IMG/VR virus record: IMGVR_UViG_3300031992_002338
From: a virus
Lineage: Duplodnaviria; Caudoviricetes
Direction: 5' to 3' (one strand)
DNA length: 64,000 nt
Shown: positions 27,937 to 37,653 of the stretch, one piece after another
Layout of the letters: every line of letters begins with the position of its first letter
Numbering within the stretch: the first letter of the stretch is position 1
The notes under the pieces: model-generated
Told to the model about the DNA's origin: nothing
The model's input: the letters and a program-made list of their open reading frames with translations, nothing else
Databases searched by the model: none
Position numbers and translations under genes: made by a program

Positions 27937-29274
27937 TCAATAAAAAATTCTATCTACATCATCATCAGTTACATTATTGGCTATATTTTGCAACTCGCTT
28001 TTTTGTTTAGGGATACTAGTATTAGCAAATGCGTGGTCTCCAATATCTTGACCTGACCCTAATTTATTATAAGATTGAAGACTCGTAATTCCCGTACAAC
28101 CAGAAAATGCTCCTTCAGGAATGCAATTATTACTTGTAATATTTTCAAATTCCAACATGCCAGACAAACTAGTGCAATTAGCAAAACAATACGTACCACC
28201 AGACAAATTTATATTTTTGGGTATTGTCATTCTATTCCCATCGTCTTCATATTTATCAGAATTATTAATGAAATAACCATTAATTTTTTTTAAATTAGTA
28301 CAATTGGCAAATGCGTAACTACCTATTTTATATTTACCATCATATATTGGATGAGGTGCTATTTTATGTATGTTACATTCAGCATTATCGTTATCTATAC
28401 AAAAATTTTCATTTCCAAATATTTCATAATTCACAGAAGAATTAAAAAATGTAATACTTGAAATACTAGTACATCCATTAAATGAATTGTTTCCGCAATC
28501 AAAGCATACTTTTAAACAATTTCTCAAATCATCACCATTTTCATGATTTGAGATTAATTGTGTATTTTTATCATTATAATTTATTCCTATTTTGTCATTA
28601 CAAGCAATTTCATTTCCTATTAAGCTTGTACAGCCAGAAAATGCTGCATTTTCAACTTTACTAACAGTATGATAGCAGTAAAATTCTTTTAATTCAGTAC
28701 AACCGCTAAATGCACCTTCCCCTATTGTTAAACCACTATAATCATCAGGATTATCACTACAAGATGTTGAAACTAGTTTTACGCAATATGGTAATTTTAT
28801 GGTTAAAATATCAGTATTGCTAAACAAGCCATTTTCTATTTTAGTTATTTGCTCAAAATCTTTTGAAAGATACTCAACTGTGAAGGTGTCATTTTTAATA
28901 GTTACTCCACTTAAAACATGATATAAATCTTTTCCAGACACAACCACTTCATAATTGCCATCATCTATTATTTGATGAGCCAATACTGTTGGATTATTAT
29001 TTAATGCAGTACAATTTAATAAATTCACTGTTGTACCACTTTTGTGTGTTGCATATACATTATATGAACACAAAGAATCATTAACATAGTACTTATTACC
29101 ATTTAACTCGATTAAAATGTCAGTTCCAATCAAATTTGGATTTGCTATCTTTTGGCCATCGGATTCTTCGAAAAACGGATAATTCCCATTAGTCTTATAT
29201 TTTCCACAAAGCCTTTCTCTTTCTACACTATCATCAACGCTTGGAAAAGCATATAAGTCAACATTTGTTTCCAT
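27937..29274 (-). CDS. BspA-type (LRR_5) leucine-rich repeat protein
   Basis: Repeated IGxxAFxxCTxL motifs. Confidence 0.82.
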   Translation of the reverse strand: METNVDLYAFPSVDDSVERERLCGKYKTNGNYPFFEESDGQKIANPNLIGTDILIELNGNKYYVNDSLCSYNVYATHKSGTTVNLLNCTALNNNPTVLAHQIIDDGNYEVVVSGKDLYHVLSGVTIKNDTFTVEYLSKDFEQITKIENGLFSNTDILTIKLPYCVKLVSTSCSDNPDDYSGLTIGEGAFSGCTELKEFYCYHTVSKVENAAFSGCTSLIGNEIACNDKIGINYNDKNTQLISNHENGDDLRNCLKVCFDCGNNSFNGCTSISSITFFNSSVNYEIFGNENFCIDNDNAECNIHKIAPHPIYDGKYKIGSYAFANCTNLKKINGYFINNSDKYEDDGNRMTIPKNINLSGGTYCFANCTSLSGMLEFENITSNNCIPEGAFSGCTGITSLQSYNKLGSGQDIGDHAFANTSIPKQKSELQNIANNVTDDDVDRIFY

Positions 29275-29319
29275 ATATTTAATATATTATGATTAATAAT
29301 TTGTTTTATTTTTGTTTTC

Positions 29320-30603
29320 TTATTGAGCAAGCACAAATCCACAACCAATTGAAGGATACTTTGAAATTAATCCTTTACAGCAATCCTCACCTTCTGGTGG
29401 AGTTCCATCTTGACAGTATTCACAACAAACAACATTATTGTCATAACAAGTGTTTTTAAGTTTAACACAAATTTTGAACTTTAAACTGCTAGTATCATAG
29501 TTTTTTTCAAAAAACATTATAAGTTTGTTTGGTTCATAATAGGTCTGTACTATATCAATATACGTTTCTTCATCTTTCTTTATGTAAACCGTATTCTCGG
29601 TCATAAAAACAACATCAAGTTCTGTCTCTTCTTCGCCATTAACTAAAAATGCTGTTATTTCAACTCCGTCAAGTGCGGCATTTTCGCTCCCACTATATGT
29701 TCCGAAATTTTTTTGGCCTTTGTCATCCCAAGGCACATTACTATTACAATTATTATAATAATTGGTTGAATCAAAAGTAAATGACTCTTCCACTCTTCCT
29801 GCTCTTTGTATATTGCAAGTTGCCTTTTTCTCGCAATCTTTAAATATAGAATGAATTGTTAAATTAACATTGGAACTACTCACAGAACTTGCTGTTATTC
29901 CAACACAGTCTTCTGATGTTATGGTTTGGTTTTCAAAAGAAACTTGGAACAAATCATCTTTATTAAATGTAGCCCCATCAACTGTTGCCCCTGAATTCAT
30001 AAAGTCTTCAAATGACATAGTTACACTACTACTAGTGCTACTTGAAAAAGTTACTGCTGATATTATATCATTCCAAGCCCCTGGTTTACTTTTATATTCA
30101 TCATATGTTATAGTAATTGACGAGACTTCATTTTCAATAAAATTATTATTATTATCGCATTCTATTCTTTTTCTAGTGGCTTTATACTCAAAATTTATTG
30201 TTCCACTATCTTCGCAAGAACTAATACTAAAACCAGAAAGCTTAAAATCATCAAATGTTGTGAAATCAAAAGTAATACTAGATAAAGGTACGTTTGTAAC
30301 ACCAGCGCAGCAAGATGAGACTTCCCAAGATGGATTAGTCACGTTAAATCCATCTTGGTCTTTAGTCCCATACGTACTAGCAGACCAATTTTGAAATCTA
30401 ATATTTCCAGTATTAGCTGTAAGTTCAATATATGTTGGAGAATAGCCACTAAACCCAATATCGCCACAGCACCCTTCATGGGTTTTAGTACCTGCGCTTG
30501 AATAATTGGTACAGTCCAAATCAGCAAGTGACAACATTTGATTCATGTCTTCAATTGTCACTAATTTATTGCAATGTATTGTGTCACAGCAATTATTTGC
30601 CAT
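29320..30603 (-). CDS. Cys-rich virion/tail-associated protein
   Basis: S/T/N/C-rich with CC pairs; downstream of the tail fibre. Confidence 0.6.
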   Translation of the reverse strand: MANNCCDTIHCNKLVTIEDMNQMLSLADLDCTNYSSAGTKTHEGCCGDIGFSGYSPTYIELTANTGNIRFQNWSASTYGTKDQDGFNVTNPSWEVSSCCAGVTNVPLSSITFDFTTFDDFKLSGFSISSCEDSGTINFEYKATRKRIECDNNNNFIENEVSSITITYDEYKSKPGAWNDIISAVTFSSSTSSSVTMSFEDFMNSGATVDGATFNKDDLFQVSFENQTITSEDCVGITASSVSSSNVNLTIHSIFKDCEKKATCNIQRAGRVEESFTFDSTNYYNNCNSNVPWDDKGQKNFGTYSGSENAALDGVEITAFLVNGEEETELDVVFMTENTVYIKKDEETYIDIVQTYYEPNKLIMFFEKNYDTSSLKFKICVKLKNTCYDNNVVCCEYCQDGTPPEGEDCCKGLISKYPSIGCGFVLAQ

Positions 30604-30663
30604 AATTCAAATTGTTTTTATTTTAATTAAATGCCCATATGGGAATGGGCATTTAATTTATTA

Positions 30664-33384
30664 TTATTTTCCAAAATTAAGTCTGTTTGATAAGATATTA
30701 ACCCTAGTGGTTAATTCTTTAATGGTATTCTCCATACTTGCAATCTTTAAAAGAAGTAGTGATGTATAATCAACACTTAAAGCCCCTTCCTCATTTGTGT
30801 GAACAATGTTGTTCAAACCAGCTGACTGAACCTCTTGAGCAATTACACCATATGTCTTCCTCTTGGTTTCGTCATCCTTGAAGTTAAATGATTTAATACC
30901 GACATTTCTAGCCTTCTCCAAGTCCTCAACAGTCAAAGATTCAATGTTCTCCTTCAAATTCCTATCAGAAGATGAGAAGAACGAATTGGCAACAACTGTT
31001 CCACTAACACATAAATTAGAATCAATCTTAAGGCAATCATTACCACATCCATTATCGCTAAAGTGAACCTTACCTCCGCTTATATCTTGGATATATTTTG
31101 GAATTGTGATTTCAGTATAAGCTGTACAAGGATGATATGAGGTATTATTTGCATTGCAAACAGAGCCATAATTTATCGTAAGTTTTTGTAAATCTCCACA
31201 ACTTAGTCCTCCACCACTTTCTCCGCAGCAAGGTATATCAATTATTTGATAATCTTCATTACATCCGCTTGTGCCAGCACTTGGGTCGTATATTTCATCA
31301 CCCCTACCATTGTTAAAATGGAATTTTAATTTTTTGATATTTCCTAAATCGCTTAAGTTTTTTGGAATTGTGATTTTAGTATTAGCTGTACAAGGATGAT
31401 ATGAGGTATTATTTGCATTGCAAACAGAACCATATTCTACCGTAAGATTTTCTAAGTCATTACAACTTAGTCCACCACCTTCACCTTTAGGTATTGACAC
31501 TGTTACTGTACCTGGTTCGCATCCATTTTCAGTAGAAGCTGGGTCATATGTGAAATATGGCACTGCATCTCCCTCCCTCTTAAAATCAAGCTTAGTATAA
31601 CTTAAATGTTTTAAGGCTTTAGGAATTGTGATTTCTCCACCATTACAAGGCGTATATGCACTTTCAGTTGCTTGTTTACTACAAGTAGCTCCATACTTAA
31701 CAACTAATGGCTCATCGCAAGAAACTCCAGGTTCTACCTTTGGAATTATAATTTCTCCTCCAGTACAAGGATAATAATCTATAAGTTTATTAGCTGTTGA
31801 GCCACTATTCCCATACCAAATTGTTAATGGCTCATTGCAAGAAACTCCAGGCTCTATCTTTGGTATTGTAACTGAACCACCACTACAAGGATAATAATCA
31901 ATTAACTTAGTAGTGTTATCACCATAATATATTGATAAAGGTGAATTACATGGCTCTGGTATTATTGGCTCTGGTATTGTTATAGTCTTAGTTTCATGTA
32001 TATTAAACGTTCCTACAGATGAACTTCCATAATTAATAGTTAATGCTCCATGAGGCACTTTTACAGTCTTAGGGTCTGATGTGTTATAAGTATTTGCAGT
32101 AAATTCACCAGCCTCAAATGTTAAGGTACTATGTGATAGTGTCCAAGCAGAACTGACTGCTGGGTCATATACATAACTTGTGCCATTATGTGTTGCAGTA
32201 AGATTTTTTCTCTTAAGATGTGCAACATCAGAAGGTATAGTGATGTTTGATGACCTAATTGTATTGACTGTTCCACTACCTGGGTCATAGCTTTGAGTAG
32301 ATTCCCCGCTAGTTGAACCATAATTAACATTTAATGTATTCCTATATAAATGGTTTACATCAGTTGCTGCTGTAATGTTAAGCGAGTTGGAGAGTGGGTT
32401 AAATACCCAGTTTGTAGCGTCTCTATTAGACTTAACGTCACCGCTTACAGATGTCAATGAGAATGCACTTACTTCATGTTCCTTTGGTATATCAATGCTA
32501 CCAATTGTCCTTTGACAAGTAGTACCACTATCTTGTATAAATGTATATGTACGTAGTATATCACCAGTACCTGGAGTATCAGTCATGTATATCTTACTTC
32601 TGTCGAATACCTCATCAAGAGCACCATCAACTGTATTTGCCTTAATATCACATTGCCCATTCTTAGGTCTACGCTCATAGGTAATCGAACTAGTTCCACC
32701 ACTGTTAGAGCAGTCTTTTCCTCCAATGTGCAAGTGTGTCTTTGCAAAAATGGAAACGGTGTCACCACTTTCGCACAACATATTATCTGCGAATATATTC
32801 CCATTATTTACATCAACATCAAGCAAGCTTCCGCAGCCATCGTTTTTACCCTTAATTTCAGTTGTACCGTTAAGAGTTGCGTGACAAGTTGTAGTCACTG
32901 AACTAAATGATGGGTTAGCATCAATCATAGCATATTGAGACATATCAATAGCTAGACCAGCACCATCTTTATAGCTACCAGCAGAAATTGGATTAATTAA
33001 ATTACCATAAATGTCCTTTGCTCCGTTTACTTTTTCATCATAAGGACTATAATCAGTGTCCTCTGGAACAACTTGATTAAGCTTAATAATAAGGTTTGAC
33101 TTATTATTTAAAAGGTCTTGTTCTGTAACCCCACCAACTTGTGAATTATCAGAACCTCTCATATATGCCTCATATGGGAACACCTCTTTTTGCTCCATCC
33201 ACCCAATAATGGTTTCATCCTCAGAGAACCTAACGACTTCTCCATTACTGTTTTTTGTAGAAATAAACGCATTACCTTTTGCGTTGTTCACGCCCAATTC
33301 ACCAAGCTCAAGGGTTGCTGGTGTTGGTTGTTTGTCATTCACACTGCTGTGAATGTGTAACAGTTTTCTTCTGTCTTTACTCAT
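30664..33384 (-). CDS. Tail fibre with C-terminal peptidase S74 intramolecular chaperone
   Basis: LELGELGVN N-terminus, repeated YxP...ITIP modules, SSDRNLKENI..YGVIAQEV..VDY chaperone. Confidence 0.85.
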   Translation of the reverse strand: MSKDRRKLLHIHSSVNDKQPTPATLELGELGVNNAKGNAFISTKNSNGEVVRFSEDETIIGWMEQKEVFPYEAYMRGSDNSQVGGVTEQDLLNNKSNLIIKLNQVVPEDTDYSPYDEKVNGAKDIYGNLINPISAGSYKDGAGLAIDMSQYAMIDANPSFSSVTTTCHATLNGTTEIKGKNDGCGSLLDVDVNNGNIFADNMLCESGDTVSIFAKTHLHIGGKDCSNSGGTSSITYERRPKNGQCDIKANTVDGALDEVFDRSKIYMTDTPGTGDILRTYTFIQDSGTTCQRTIGSIDIPKEHEVSAFSLTSVSGDVKSNRDATNWVFNPLSNSLNITAATDVNHLYRNTLNVNYGSTSGESTQSYDPGSGTVNTIRSSNITIPSDVAHLKRKNLTATHNGTSYVYDPAVSSAWTLSHSTLTFEAGEFTANTYNTSDPKTVKVPHGALTINYGSSSVGTFNIHETKTITIPEPIIPEPCNSPLSIYYGDNTTKLIDYYPCSGGSVTIPKIEPGVSCNEPLTIWYGNSGSTANKLIDYYPCTGGEIIIPKVEPGVSCDEPLVVKYGATCSKQATESAYTPCNGGEITIPKALKHLSYTKLDFKREGDAVPYFTYDPASTENGCEPGTVTVSIPKGEGGGLSCNDLENLTVEYGSVCNANNTSYHPCTANTKITIPKNLSDLGNIKKLKFHFNNGRGDEIYDPSAGTSGCNEDYQIIDIPCCGESGGGLSCGDLQKLTINYGSVCNANNTSYHPCTAYTEITIPKYIQDISGGKVHFSDNGCGNDCLKIDSNLCVSGTVVANSFFSSSDRNLKENIESLTVEDLEKARNVGIKSFNFKDDETKRKTYGVIAQEVQSAGLNNIVHTNEEGALSVDYTSLLLLKIASMENTIKELTTRVNILSNRLNFGK
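31096..31480. repeat. Near-identical direct repeat pair inside the tail fibre (~31096-31220 and ~31360-31480)
   Basis: Shared agctgtacaaggatgatatgaggtattatttgcattgcaaacaga; protein YGSVCNANNTSYHPCTA occurs twice. Confidence 0.85.
31707..31910. repeat. Second direct repeat pair in the tail fibre
   Basis: KLIDYYPC..G...IPK.EPGVSC.EPL occurs twice. Confidence 0.75.
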
Positions 33385-33469
33385 TTTTTTTTATGCTACT
33401 ATTTAGTATTATTAAAAAAGCAAATATATATTTGCTTAACTATTATTTTAATATAAATATTAAGCCAAA

Positions 33470-33500
33470 TAAAAAAGAGCACCATAAAATGATGCTCTTT
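33470..33500 (-). terminator. Intrinsic terminator
   Basis: AAAAGAGCACCA/TGATGCTCTTTT hairpin. Confidence 0.7.
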
Positions 33501-33541
33501 TGTAAAGCTTATATGAATTTGATATTTTATAAGATGAATTC

Positions 33542-34201
33542 TCAACCAACCACAGGGCGAACCGAGTAGCCGAGCTTACGGTAGAAATCGCCCACGACCT
33601 TGCTACCATTGAAAAAGCTCAAGTAGTAAGCGCTATTACTACCATTAGGAGAAGAACCCCAATAGTAACCGCCATTGCCTACATTGTTCTGGCTACCATT
33701 GCCCCAGTAGCCAGCAGCAGGAATGAATAAAACAGCCCCATTGGTAGCTGTGAATGTGCCGCCATTTATTCCACTACCTTTGTAGTTTGTTACCCACTGA
33801 TAAGTAGTATTAGCTGTCAATTCTTGCATTTGTGTTCTCGTTGGCATATGCCAAGAGCCACCCCATACTTGGGATGCCGTATCTACAGAAGAATCTAGTG
33901 GGTCTTCTGTTCCACCATAGTTGCTATCGCCACTTGTTGCTGCATACTGAGCAGCACCCTTACCGTATTGATAGTAATTACCATAATCCGTTTCTGATGA
34001 AGCACCAACGTTCATTGTAGCCCACTTTGTACCACTTGGAAGTCCAAGGTCAACATATTCATGTCCAACATAGGGGTCAACATAAGGATTATAATATACC
34101 TCATTCTCGTTCACACAGTAACTTACATTAGGCAAAATTAAGTTTTGCCTAGCTTCCTCATATTCGGCATAAGTTTTAAATAGTTTTAAATATATTCCCA
34201 T
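33542..34201 (-). CDS. C-type-lectin-fold protein (VDLGLPSG family), putative DGR target
   Basis: YVDLGLPSGTKWATMNVGA, WHMPT, FIPAAG, YYWGSS, GYSVRPV C-terminus. Confidence 0.75.
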   Translation of the reverse strand: MGIYLKLFKTYAEYEEARQNLILPNVSYCVNENEVYYNPYVDPYVGHEYVDLGLPSGTKWATMNVGASSETDYGNYYQYGKGAAQYAATSGDSNYGGTEDPLDSSVDTASQVWGGSWHMPTRTQMQELTANTTYQWVTNYKGSGINGGTFTATNGAVLFIPAAGYWGNGSQNNVGNGGYYWGSSPNGSNSAYYLSFFNGSKVVGDFYRKLGYSVRPVVG

Positions 34202-34222
34202 AGTTTTAATTACCTTTTTTAT

Positions 34223-34236
34223 TATAAATATTTATA
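34223..34236. promoter_or_regulatory. Palindromic TATAAATATTTATA, candidate bidirectional phage late promoter
   Basis: ATATTTATA on both strands between divergent genes. Confidence 0.45.
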
Positions 34237-34275
34237 ATTTGTCAATTATGTATTATTTTTATATAAAAAGATATT

Positions 34276-34737
34276 ATGGGATACGTTTATTTAATAGGTG
34301 AAATCGGTAAGGAAGGTAGATATAAAATAGGTTCTACTAGAGCCAAAGATGTGAACAAGAGACTGAAGCAACTACAAACTGGGAACTCTTCAGAACTCTT
34401 TATTAAGGAAAGTTATGAGACAGAGCATCCATTCAAACTTGAAAAAATGCTCCACAATCACTTCAAATCATCAAACCTTATGGGGGAATGGTTTGAACTG
34501 TCCGAAAGCGATACAGAGGCTTTTAGAGGGGTCTGTGAGGAAAAAGAAAAGATTATATCATGTCTTAAAGACAATCCGTTCTATTTTAATGCTAGAATTA
34601 AAATGAATTTTGATAAACTAGATAGATACGGAAGAGTCTATGACCAAGAAACAATGAAAAGACTTATTGAAGATTTTAATGTGAGATTAAAAGAATCTGA
34701 GGATGTCTTAGGGGAACTTAACCATCCATTACGATAA
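34276..34737 (+). CDS. T5orf172/GIY-YIG-like nuclease with a prohead-protease-like C-terminal fragment
   Basis: YVYLI..YKIG..RLKQLQTGN..LEKMLH..GEWFEL; tail GRVYD...LGELNHP. Confidence 0.8.
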   Translation: MGYVYLIGEIGKEGRYKIGSTRAKDVNKRLKQLQTGNSSELFIKESYETEHPFKLEKMLHNHFKSSNLMGEWFELSESDTEAFRGVCEEKEKIISCLKDNPFYFNARIKMNFDKLDRYGRVYDQETMKRLIEDFNVRLKESEDVLGELNHPLR

Positions 34738-34766
34738 AAGGGAACTACCGAAATAGTTCCCTTATT
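34736..34766. terminator. Bidirectional terminator between convergent genes
   Basis: AAGGGAACTA/TAGTTCCCTT. Confidence 0.7.
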
Positions 34767-34767
34767 T

Positions 34768-35454
34768 TTAAGCCCAACACCTTGCTCTTGTTCTTGCAGT
34801 CATATGGTCTCCTACAGAGAATGGGTCTGTACCATCGTCTGCAATCTTCTTCAATGTACCAATGGCATCCTCAAGCTGACTGATTGCCTTGAATGTCTTT
34901 CCAGCTAATGTCTGTAATCCAAGCCTCCTACCGTTGCCATTGATGCATTCCTCATTTTTATAAAGCTCCATGAGTCCGCTTTCAACAGCACCATTCATCA
35001 AATTGGTGATATGGGTCTTAATGTCCTCAAGTTTCCAAGCAATCTTTTCCACATACTGGTATGCAGCTTTCTCGTTTCTCTTAGCCATCTTCTGTACCTC
35101 TTCAACGAGGCTAGAAAGCTCACTGACATTCACACGGTAATGCACGAAATGAGGGCGAATCTTGCGATGCTCAAGAATCTCGTTGGCAATAGTACCCCAC
35201 TGACGATAAGCATGGTCATAGTATGCTGACAGAGACTTGAGAGTTGTGATAGGCTTCAGCATCTTCTCAATCTCCATTGCAACAGCACTAATCTCTTTAA
35301 CGACCTTCTTGCGTTTTTTGTTTTTTTTACCTTCGGCTTCTTTCTTCTCTTTCAGTATCTTCTTATACTCAGCCATAGTATAAGACTTGCCACCAACAGT
35401 AATCTTACAAGTGTCTCTCTCCATAGAGGACATTGATGTATAACCGCTTGCCAT
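34768..35454 (-). CDS. hypothetical protein
   Basis: 228-aa ORF. Confidence 0.75.
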   Translation of the reverse strand: MASGYTSMSSMERDTCKITVGGKSYTMAEYKKILKEKKEAEGKKNKKRKKVVKEISAVAMEIEKMLKPITTLKSLSAYYDHAYRQWGTIANEILEHRKIRPHFVHYRVNVSELSSLVEEVQKMAKRNEKAAYQYVEKIAWKLEDIKTHITNLMNGAVESGLMELYKNEECINGNGRRLGLQTLAGKTFKAISQLEDAIGTLKKIADDGTDPFSVGDHMTARTRARCWA

Positions 35455-35456
35455 AA

Positions 35457-35778
35457 TTATTCCTCCAAATAGGTTTTAGATGAAAGAAGATGCTCAAGTG
35501 CAATCTCTCGCTTCTCCTTATCGGTTGTCAACTGCCACATAATCTTATGCAAGTCTTTTGTATCAAGCATATTGATATTACGGACACTGTAACTATCGTC
35601 TATCCAAAATACAGAATTACCATTCTTATACATGGACACAATTCTCTTGCGTTCCTTATGACGGAACGTACCCTCAACAAACTCACACCAAAACTGTTTC
35701 TTCAACTTAATCTTGCCGCTTGTTCGTGCATCAACTTTTTCCTTAATCAATTTAAGGGTTTTCTGTCTAGAAATCATA
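35457..35778 (-). CDS. hypothetical protein
   Basis: Start moved to ATG (MISRQK) downstream of the promoter. Confidence 0.65.
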
Positions 35779-35808
35779 ATATAACAATGTTTTTTTTTAA
35801 TTCTACTG

Positions 35809-35860
35809 CAAATGTACGAAAAAAAGTTGAACTGACCAAACATACAGCTCAACTTTTAGC
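35809..35860 (-). promoter_or_regulatory. Promoter overlapping a terminator hairpin (near-copy of 55595-55646)
   Basis: TTTG-N20-TACATTTG; hairpin AAAAGTTGA/TCAACTTTT. Confidence 0.72.
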
Positions 35861-36256
35861 ATTTTTTAACTTTTTTATTTCTTCTAACTTCTCCTTAATA
35901 AGTTTCCTCTGTAATCTATCTGCAATTATATCGCAATGGCATGGTAATGGTTTGCAAAAGCACCCTAACCATATTTCTTTACCATTTTTATAGTTTTCAT
36001 ATATTTTATCAAAGGCAGTTGTTAATTCTTCGTCAACACCATATGCCTTATCAAAATATTCCCCAAATGCTGCTATTGCCTCTTCTCTAGTTTTAAACGA
36101 TAAATTTGCTATACTAGTTTTCACACCATTGTGCGTGAATGGATTGCCTAAAGGATTATCATTCTGCTTTGTCTTGGGGTTTCTATGTCTTCCACAATAG
36201 TAATAGCATTCTTCATTAGACCTATCCTCATTGTGTATGTTAATTACGTGTATCAT
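35849..36256 (-). CDS. DUF4326-family protein
   Basis: YCGR, LGNPF, LGCFCKPLPCHCDII. Confidence 0.8.
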   Translation of the reverse strand: MIHVINIHNEDRSNEECYYYCGRHRNPKTKQNDNPLGNPFTHNGVKTSIANLSFKTREEAIAAFGEYFDKAYGVDEELTTAFDKIYENYKNGKEIWLGCFCKPLPCHCDIIADRLQRKLIKEKLEEIKKLKNAKS

Positions 36257-36756
36257 TTCTTCAGTTTAAAATTATAGCACTCTCCTTTTTTAAAAGGGCT
36301 ATTTATCTTTTTCTCACTATCATCAATATACTCCTTTAAGAACTTGTTCCATAAACGCCTATAATATACAACGTACATCCCAATACCTTTGCGCTCATTC
36401 CATTTTGTTATTCTAGGTCTTGTGAATAATACCTCGCCTTTGACATTTTTAACTAGTATTTCATAAGGCTTGTTGCCATGCTCTTTTATCCACGTATCTC
36501 TGATAATAAAAAAGCGAGGATTTTTAAATAGCTTATGCGTAAGATTTGGCGCAAGAATGAATAACCTAGTCATGAAATTATTTAAAGCTCTATTATTCCT
36601 AGATAAATAATCCTCAACAAAGGTATTTTTGTATAACCTTCTCTTGAGGAAATATTTGTTTCCGTTATCGTTCATTATTATATTCCTGAAGAATAGATAT
36701 TCATCCAATATACAGTTTTTCTTCAGAAACATTAAAAATACTTGTGTTGCTGTCAT
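36253..36756 (-). CDS. hypothetical protein
   Basis: Operon ORF. Confidence 0.65.
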   Translation of the reverse strand: MTATQVFLMFLKKNCILDEYLFFRNIIMNDNGNKYFLKRRLYKNTFVEDYLSRNNRALNNFMTRLFILAPNLTHKLFKNPRFFIIRDTWIKEHGNKPYEILVKNVKGEVLFTRPRITKWNERKGIGMYVVYYRRLWNKFLKEYIDDSEKKINSPFKKGECYNFKLKK

Positions 36757-36959
36757 GCTAACGCCCCATCTACCATTTTCAAAACACTATTGATTTCCGT
36801 TGGTGTTTTTTTGGATAGTTTGTTAAAAACCCTAATAGCCCTATTCCTATCAATCTCATTACTCCTAAATGCTTCTGCTGCATTCAGTATAGCATCAACT
36901 TGGTCACTAGGCATGTTCAACATTGATGCCATAGTCTTCTTCAAAAAAATATTTGCCAT
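36753..36959 (-). CDS. hypothetical protein
   Basis: Likely start MANIF, downstream of promoter 36978-37009. Confidence 0.6.
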   Translation of the reverse strand: MANIFLKKTMASMLNMPSDQVDAILNAAEAFRSNEIDRNRAIRVFNKLSKKTPTEINSVLKMVDGALA

Positions 36960-36977
36960 AATATAATCTATTTTATG

Positions 36978-37009
36978 CAAAGATATATAAAATATTTCAA
37001 AAAAACAAA
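36978..37009 (-). promoter_or_regulatory. Bacteroidota-type promoter
   Basis: TTTG-N20-TATCTTTG. Confidence 0.72.
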
Positions 37010-37180
37010 TTAAAATACATTTTTTATCTTATCTAATGATTCATATAATGCTTTCATATCATCCCTATCAACCTTAGTTGAATCTATATAGTGTCCATAC
37101 TTGTCATACATAGTTACAGTAAACTCTCTCTCATGAGAATCATACTCAATTTCAATTTTATCACTTCTAAATATGTTCAT
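37010..37180 (-). CDS. 56-aa small protein
   Basis: MNIFRSDKIEIEYDSHEREFTV...; not in the ORF track. Confidence 0.55.
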   Translation of the reverse strand: MNIFRSDKIEIEYDSHEREFTVTMYDKYGHYIDSTKVDRDDMKALYESLDKIKNVF

Positions 37181-37301
37181 AATTTTACAATTTTAGAATA
37201 AATATAAACATATTTTCAAAAAGAAAATGCTAGCTATCTTCACAGATAACTAGCACTAATAAAATAAAAATAACATCAGTCACAAAGACTGTCTTGACAC
37301 T

Positions 37302-37505
37302 TCAATCCCAACCCCATATCTCATGTGACATAGGAAATCTCATAGCCATACGTTTTAGAGATTCCTCAGTAAACCATTTCTTCTTTCGGAAGAACCACTT
37401 GAATTTTTTATGGTTACTGCTCATCACATGAGCTTTCCAAGATTTCTTATGAGGCATCTTGTTCCAAAACCTTTTTGGGGTTTTATATTTCTTACCTTTA
37501 GACAT
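37302..37505 (-). CDS. basic hypothetical protein
   Basis: K/W-rich ORF after the tRNAs. Confidence 0.6.
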   Translation of the reverse strand: MSKGKKYKTPKRFWNKMPHKKSWKAHVMSSNHKKFKWFFRKKKWFTEESLKRMAMRFPMSHEIWGWD

Positions 37506-37521
37506 ATTAAATTGGTTTTAG

Positions 37522-37592
37522 TTGGACATAGAGGAATCGAACCTCTACCCTGACAGCCAAAATGTCATGTGCGACCATCACACTGATGTCCA
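37522..37592 (-). tRNA. tRNA-Gln(TTG)
   Basis: Acceptor TGGACAT/ATGTCCA, anticodon arm TGACA-TT TTG GC-TGTCA, GGTTCGATTCC. Confidence 0.93.
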
Positions 37593-37653
37593 ATATATTA
37601 TAGTAGCTCTGGAGGGATTCGAACCCTACGAGCCCAGCTGGGCAGCAGATTTT

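Noticed and set aside
33542-34201. Complete DGR in this window
   Set aside because: No reverse transcriptase, Avd or template repeat found here; only a target-like gene.
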